Assembly: GCF_009914755.1 (NCBI RefSeq)
Contig: NC_060928.1
Direction: 5' to 3' (one strand)
From: the human T2T-CHM13v2.0 reference genome, Homo sapiens
DNA length: 64,000 nt
How positions within the stretch are numbered: the first letter of the stretch is position 1; each line of letters begins with the position of its first letter. Under the pieces are notes generated by a model. It was not told where the DNA came from. It ran no database searches and worked only from the letters and a program-made list of their open reading frames with translations. Below are positions 53,531 to 64,000 of the stretch, in pieces. A program made the position numbers and the translations under genes.

Positions 53531-54816
53531 ATTTTGATTAGCCTAATTCGGACTGATCATTTGTGACCAGTGGAATACGATCAAGTTGTTCAAAATGGTT
53601 GTGTCCTAACCATGCAGATGGGAGAAGCAGGTCAGTTCCTGGAAGATGAGGCTGGGATTGCAAAGACTTGACAATGTGCCCCGTACATATTGAGGCCTAG
53701 ATGTGAAGTAATGCTGTACTGTGCCACGGTGATGTTGAAGGAACAATAAAAAGAGGACATACATAGGAGACATTTGGGGGAAAGAATTTGTACAACATGG
53801 AGAATGATTAGATAAAAGGTGAAAGAAAGCATCAAAGAACTCCAAATACTATAAATCAAAACAAGAAAAGGGAAAAGGTGGAACCATGAGGGGATGACAT
53901 GAATGCAATCGAGTGATTTGAAGATGCAGATGGTTTTGAACTGGCTTAGAACGTCCACCAGGATTTTTGTGGCAGATCGTAATATAGGTCAAGAAGGATT
54001 TAAATTTAGTTCTTATATTCTCAAATTAATAACTCAATGAATTGCTTTAAGTTTTGAAAATTTACTTTCATAAGAGTCAGATCTGAACTGGCTTCTCTAT
54101 TTCGGCAGAAGCACCATCATGAATCTCAGAACCTTTAAAAAGACACCCAAGAGTAGCAATTTTCTTTCTGAGAGTACGGATTCTATTTCTGACATGTAAT
54201 TTTCCTTATACCCAACACCAAAAATGGGGACTTGAATCATAAACATATTTAACACTCAGAGGAGACATTAGTAGGATCCTTTTAAATATTGAAAACATAA
54301 TGAAATCAGGATCCCAGTCCAAATAATGTGCCTTTTCTTAAAAGGCAAAAACAGTGTGGGAGACTAAATCCAGGAGTTCTTGATTCAAGTCTAATTTGGG
54401 CTCCATTTAACTAGGACCTCTGTATTATTTTTATTTGATTAAAGAAATGTTATCCATATTACTCAGACTAGACAACCAATAAGAAATAGAAAAGGATTAT
54501 AACTAGACGGAATGTATAGGTACACTACATGCTCTTTTTACTCTTCTAAAATCCAGAGGATTGATGATATTGTCACTGTTGCATTAAAACATCTGTGATT
54601 TGGGAGAACAAAGGCAAATTTTGACTAGCCTAATTTGGGTGGATCATCTGCGACCAGTGGAATGTGATCAAGTTGTTCAAAATGGATGTGTCCTAACCAT
54701 GCAGATGGGAGAAGCAGGTTGGTTTCTGGGAGATAAAGCTGGGGCTGCACAGACCTGATATTGTGCCTGGTAATTATTGAGGCCTAGACATGAGGTAATG
54801 CTGTCCTGTGCCATGG
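53531..54816. repeat. Direct repeat pair 53531-53729 and 54618-54816 (199 bp)
   Basis: Ungapped hand alignment at offset 1087 gives ~168/199 identical. Confidence 0.92.
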
Positions 54817-55339
54817 AACCTAAAGAACTTAATCCAATGCCCTATCCCACTAGATAGGCACTGAGCTATCTTGGGCAGCTGACTTGCTTCTATATCACAA
54901 TTTGCTATTTCACAGTCTAAAATCAGTATCTACACTGAGGAATCTTGGCTGATCTGTGGCAAAGGCTACTCATTTACCTATTCCTTAAACACTGAGTTTA
55001 TTTAGTGCTCATTTAAAGCAAGTTTGGGGAGGGCTTGTCTCCTTCATGCCTCCACTCCTTTTGTTCAAAATCCTTTTCTTTTTCTCCTTCACTTTTTCAT
55101 TCCTCTGGGTTGTCTTGTATCCTATGTCTGCTCCCATACAGGTGAAATTACTGACTTATATCCTGATCAATTTCCCCACTTTTCCTTTAAACTTCTCTTC
55201 CACCTCCTACTCAATTCTTGCCCATTCTATACAATGTATTTATTTTGTTATTGTCATGGTAAATACTCAGGGACAGGGAAAGTTTTAGTTATTTGAAGGG
55301 GACTGTGTACTTGAGAAACAGAAGTGTAAAATCTGTGAG

Positions 55340-55903
55340 TGTATTAGTCATCTGTTGCTGTGTAACAAATTATCCCAAAACTTAGTGGTTTACAAAAAAA
55401 AAATTTTATTATCTCACAGTTCCTATGGGTCAGGAACCTGGCCTTGGCTTAGCTGGGTCCCCTGCTTTAGGGCCTTTCATAGGCTGCAATCAAGGTGTCA
55501 ACTGGGTCTACAGTCATCTCAGGTCTCAACCGGGGAAGCATCTGCTTCCAAGCTCACTCATATGGTTGTTAGTTGGATTCTGTTCCTCCCACCAAAGGCC
55601 ACAGTTCCTTGCTGGCTGTTGGCTGGAGGCCACCCTCAATTCTTTGCCACATGGCCTCTCCATGGGGCAGCTCAGAACAAGGAAGTCAATTTCCACTGGA
55701 GGGAGAAAGCAAGAGAGTGAGCAAGACAAGTCATAGTCTTCCATAATCTAATCTCAGAAGTGACATCTCATCTTTTTGCTGTATTCTGTTCGTTGATAGC
55801 AAGTTTTTAGATCCAGCTTACACTTAAGAGGAGGGGATTACACAAAGCCATGACTATCAGGAAGTGAGGATCACGGGAGGCTATCTTTGAATTTTGCCCC
55901 ACA
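55340..55903 (-). mobile_element. MLT1 (E/F-like) LTR, antisense
   Basis: tgtattagtcatctgttgctgtgtaacaaattatcccaaaacttagtgg...tctgcttccaagctcactc. Confidence 0.75.
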
Positions 55904-56079
55904 CCTAGCACATGCTATATAGTAAATAAAAGAAAGAATGTTACAATCCTAGTGGGGTATTTGAGAGATTATGTTCAGCTGCATTTTTTCCTATTTGCAT
56001 ACCTACGTTTGTGTGTGGCTATGTGTCTATGTTTGGGTGCTTAGAGAAGAGTAGTTTGTGTTCAGCCAGCAGGAGAGAG

Positions 56080-60240
<4,161 letters not shown>

Positions 60241-61647
60241 AGAGTAAAGAGAGAAGAGAAATATGACATACTTTGGAAACGTTTTGTGTCAGTTCAACCT
60301 CCACTTAAAAAGCTTGAAGAATATAAATTGGACATAAATGGAAAAAAGTAATAGAATATTTGTAGCACTTATCTTTATTATAGGAATTCTTTTGTTAAAT
60401 CCTGGCTCTTCCTTATAAACCCTCAGTCTACCTCTTATAAGGTAAGATAGTCAGTTGATCAGCTGTGTGTCTTGGTTGGGCCTTTTCACTTTCATAGGTA
60501 CTGTTAAACCTGTCCTCCACCATTTAATTGATGATCAAAGCATATAGATATGTCTTTAGTGAGCAACAACAAATCTCTACCATCCAAGTTATTACATTAG
60601 ATTATAAGAATATCAATGAGTGTTCTGCTAGTTCCTAACAGTGGATATGCATTGTGTTAATTTTTTCTTGGTGTTTTAATTTTACCATTCCTACCAAACA
60701 AGAACACACATATCCTACGAACTTTGACTATATGTATCATTTGACATTCAGTGACTAACTTTTACCAAATATATTTAGGGAAGTTACATGAAATAGTCCC
60801 ATGAGAGGATACTATTTTGTTTATTGTAGGGAATGTTTGTAAAGGACATAACCTTCTGTAGTCCCTCTTATGTTGACCTATAGAGAAATTGCTCTCAGTT
60901 TTCATTGCCAGAAAATGCTGTGTCTTCTTGGCAACTGATCTATTTTAAACTCATGCACTCTGTGAATCCTATAGCCAATTGTGTTTCTCTTCTTTTTCAG
61001 AAAGTTTAAACACATACTTGTGGCCTCGCTTTAATAAGCACATAGTAGTTTATGACTTGGATTTTTTACATACTAACAGTTCCCTTGGCTTTATTTTATT
61101 TTTCTACCCTCATTTCCCTTCACTCAGGTTTGTTCATCTATTTAGTTTCTTCCCATTTGTGTATTTTTGTAAGCTGCCTCAAATCCTTTTATAGTAACAA
61201 CACAGAGCTAAACTAAATTAAATGAAAATACAATTATCCCATTAGGTGTCCATGATTCTATTAGAGGAAAAATAATCCACTACGCACTTCAAGGTGAGTA
61301 CAGGTTTTATCAGTAGCCAGCAATTACAAAGTTCATGAGGTAGAAAATTGTTAATTTTGAAAGCCAAGGACTCAGACTCTTCTCAGTTAATGGTTATTCC
61401 CAGAGTTCTGATATTTTACCTCCCAGAAGAATGAGGATCTGATAAAACATGTAAATAATATTCACATTCTTAACAGCTTCTCTCACAAGTCATGCTGTCC
61501 CAGCCAGATTACCAAGATGTCACTGAACTCATCCACTGGGATCCCCAACACTCTGTGAGGGCAGTGTGGATTCTAACATTGGACAGCTTTTTGCCGTCTG
61601 GTGGAAATTCACCATTACCCAGCAAGATGCACCATAGTGACTTGCTC

Positions 61648-61944
61648 TTTTTTTTTTTTTTTTTAGACGTAGTCTCACTCTGTTGCCTGGGATGGAGTAC
61701 AGTGGCACGATCTTGGCTCACTGCAACCTCCACCTCCTGAGTTCAAGTGATTCTCCTGCCTCAGGCTCCTGAGTAGCTGGGATTACAGGCACCTGCCACT
61801 GCACCCAGCTAATTTTTTGTATTTTTAGTACAGACGGGGTTTCACCATATTGGCCAGGCTAGTCTCAAACTCCCCACCTCGTGATTCACCTGCCTCGGCC
61901 TCCCAAAGTGCTGGAATTACAGGCGTGAGCCACCGTGCCTGGCC
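61648..61944 (-). mobile_element. AluS, antisense
   Basis: Poly-T followed by the Alu body, flanked by tgacttg(c/t)tctt on both sides. Confidence 0.92.
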
Positions 61945-62714
61945 TGACTTGTTCTTCAGTTATTCAAACTGCTCTGATTTTTTTGAGAATACATAATCAT
62001 AAAGCAAACGCTTAAAAAGTTCATTTGGCTTCTTCTAGTGTTTATATTCCTTGATAAGTGATCCTCTACTGTACTCCTACAACTAATTAGATGACACATT
62101 ATACATGTAGTATCTTAGGTGCTTTACGTATTATTACACATTGTTTCATTTAATCATCAAAATGACTTAATGAAATAATCTTATTTTCTTCATTACAGAT
62201 TAAGAAATTGAGGTTCAAAGGGGAAAATAAATTTATCCAAAGTCAGATAATGACTTTGGGTATTAAATCTCAGAGCATGTAACTCCAGAGATTATCTGTT
62301 TTCTGAAACAGCATACTATTTCTCTGGACTCATGCAGGTTCCTGTCTTTTTTTTTTTTTTTTGTCATAATCCTGGATAATGGGAATATTTTATGTGTTTG
62401 TGTGTGTGTATGTACATGTGGGTATGTATTTTGTGCACTAAATTAGGGTCAGGGTCATAGTAGGTAGTAGATAATTCATTCACTCAAAAGGGTTTAACTT
62501 AAGAATGTAGTGAAGAGATTACCTACAGATATATGGGTGGGGCTAAGGATCCCAACAGAATGGTGAGGCATCCAGAGACTAGCCATAGTAGGACACCATT
62601 GCCACTCTTAGGTCTGAAGGTGCCAAGGGAGGGAATTTTGTCACAAGAGCCTGGTGAGATGTTAGCCACCTACTTAGGTAAGTTACCTGTTCTTTATTAT
62701 CTTGCTTACACATT

Positions 62715-63035
62715 GTCTCATACCAGTCTGTGGCCTATTAGAAACTGGAACACACAGCAGGAGGTGAACACAGGCAAGTGAGCATTAACACTTGAGCTCA
62801 CCTTCTGTCAGATAAGCCACAGCATTAGGCTCTCATAGGAAGGTGAACCCTGTCATGAACTGCACATACGAGGGATCTAGGTTGTGCGCTCCTTATGAGA
62901 ATCTAACGCCTGATGATCTGAGGTGGAAAAGTTTCATCCTAAACCATCAGCAACATCCACCCCCTCACCCCATCCATGGAAAAATTGTCTTTCACAAAAC
63001 TGGTCCCTGCTGCCAAAAAGGTTGGAGACCACTGT
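62715..63035 (-). mobile_element. MER1B-like DNA transposon
   Basis: gaactgcacatacgagggatctaggttgtgcgctccttatgagaatctaacgcctgatgatctgaggtgg...aaaaaggttggagaccactg. Confidence 0.8.
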
Positions 63036-63183
63036 CATACACCGTCTCCATGTAATAATAAAATAATTCTATACAAGTCCAACTTTATGATTTGTAAAAC
63101 ATATAACATCTAGTTCATGACATGCAGATCAGGTTATACAGTTGCTTGGTGTGCCAGGCTTAGGCATTTAATCTCTACTCACC

Positions 63184-63925
63184 TGATATGGTTTGGCTCT
63201 GTCCCCACACAAATCTCATCTTAAATTGTAAACTGCCACAATTCCTACATCTTGTGAAAGGAACCTGGTGGGAGATGATTGAATTATGGGTGCAAGTATT
63301 TCCTGGGCTACTTTCGTGATAGTGAATGAGTCTCATGAGATCTGATGGTTTTAAAAATGGGAGTTTCCCTGCACAAACTCTCTCTTTGCCTGCTGCCATT
63401 CATATAAAATGTGACTTGTTCCTCCTTGCCTTCTACCATGATTGTGAGGCCTCCACAGCCATCTGGAACTGTAAGTCCATTAAACCTCTTTTTCTTTCCA
63501 GTCTTGAGTATGTCTTTATCAGCAGCATGAAAATGGACTAATGCAGTAAATTGGTACCAGGAGCGAGGTGCTACTGAAAAGATACCTGAAAATGTGGAAG
63601 CAACTTTGGAACTGGGTAACAGGCAGAGGCTGGAAGAGTTTGGAGGGCTCAGAAGAAGACAGAAACATGTGGAATAGTTTGGAACTTCCTAGAGACTTGT
63701 TGAATGGCTTTGACCAAAATGCTGATAATGATTTGGACAATGAAATCCACGCTGAGGGGGTTTCAGATGGAGATGAGGAACTTGTTGGGAACTGCAGCAA
63801 AGGTGACTCTTGTTATGTTTTAGCAAAGAGACTGATGGCATTTTGCCCCTGCCCTAGAGATCTGTGGAACTTTGAACTTGGGAGAGATGGTTTAGGGTAT
63901 CTGGCAGAAGAAATTTTTAAGCAGT
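63184..63925 (+). mobile_element. THE1 LTR (63184-63545) plus start of internal region, followed by an Alu from ~63926 to the window end
   Basis: TGATATGGTTTGGCTCTGTCCCCAC start and cagcagcatgaaaatggactaatgca end, then internal gtaaattggtacca... Confidence 0.92.
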
Positions 63926-64000
63926 GACCAGGTGCAGTGGCTTATGCCTGTAATCCTGGCCCTTTGGGAAGCCAAGGCAGGCAGATCACCTGATGTTGGG

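Overview
Human genomic DNA containing the complete DMP1 gene (dentin matrix acidic phosphoprotein 1, SIBLING family, 4q22) on the + strand. Exon 1 is non-coding (~22705-22810). Coding exons 2-6 (28909-28962, 29448-29495, 31636-31668, 31847-31894, 34363-35721) splice in phase 0 to a 513-aa secreted acidic phosphoprotein, with a polyA signal at 36735. This haplotype encodes Cys at residue 69, where I recall the reference has Ser. The rest is repeat-dense intergenic or intronic DNA: two large dead L1s, THE1, MLT, MER4/39/31 LTRs, many Alus, L2/MIR and hAT fossils. Almost all short ORFs in the track are repeat artefacts. I find no evidence for a new multi-gene system. The most notable structures that standard annotation does not explain are: a 95-bp, 90/95-identical inverted repeat bracketing the DMP1 promoter and exon 1; a second inverted templated copy plus a ~45-bp near-perfect hairpin 5 kb upstream; a ~130-bp mitochondrial ND1 fragment (NUMT) inside an L1; a full-length L1 with a twin-priming 5' inversion and possible 3' transduction; a 199-bp local direct duplication; and a consensus CTCF site. 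Repeat subfamily names come from recalled consensus sequences, and repeat edges are approximate.
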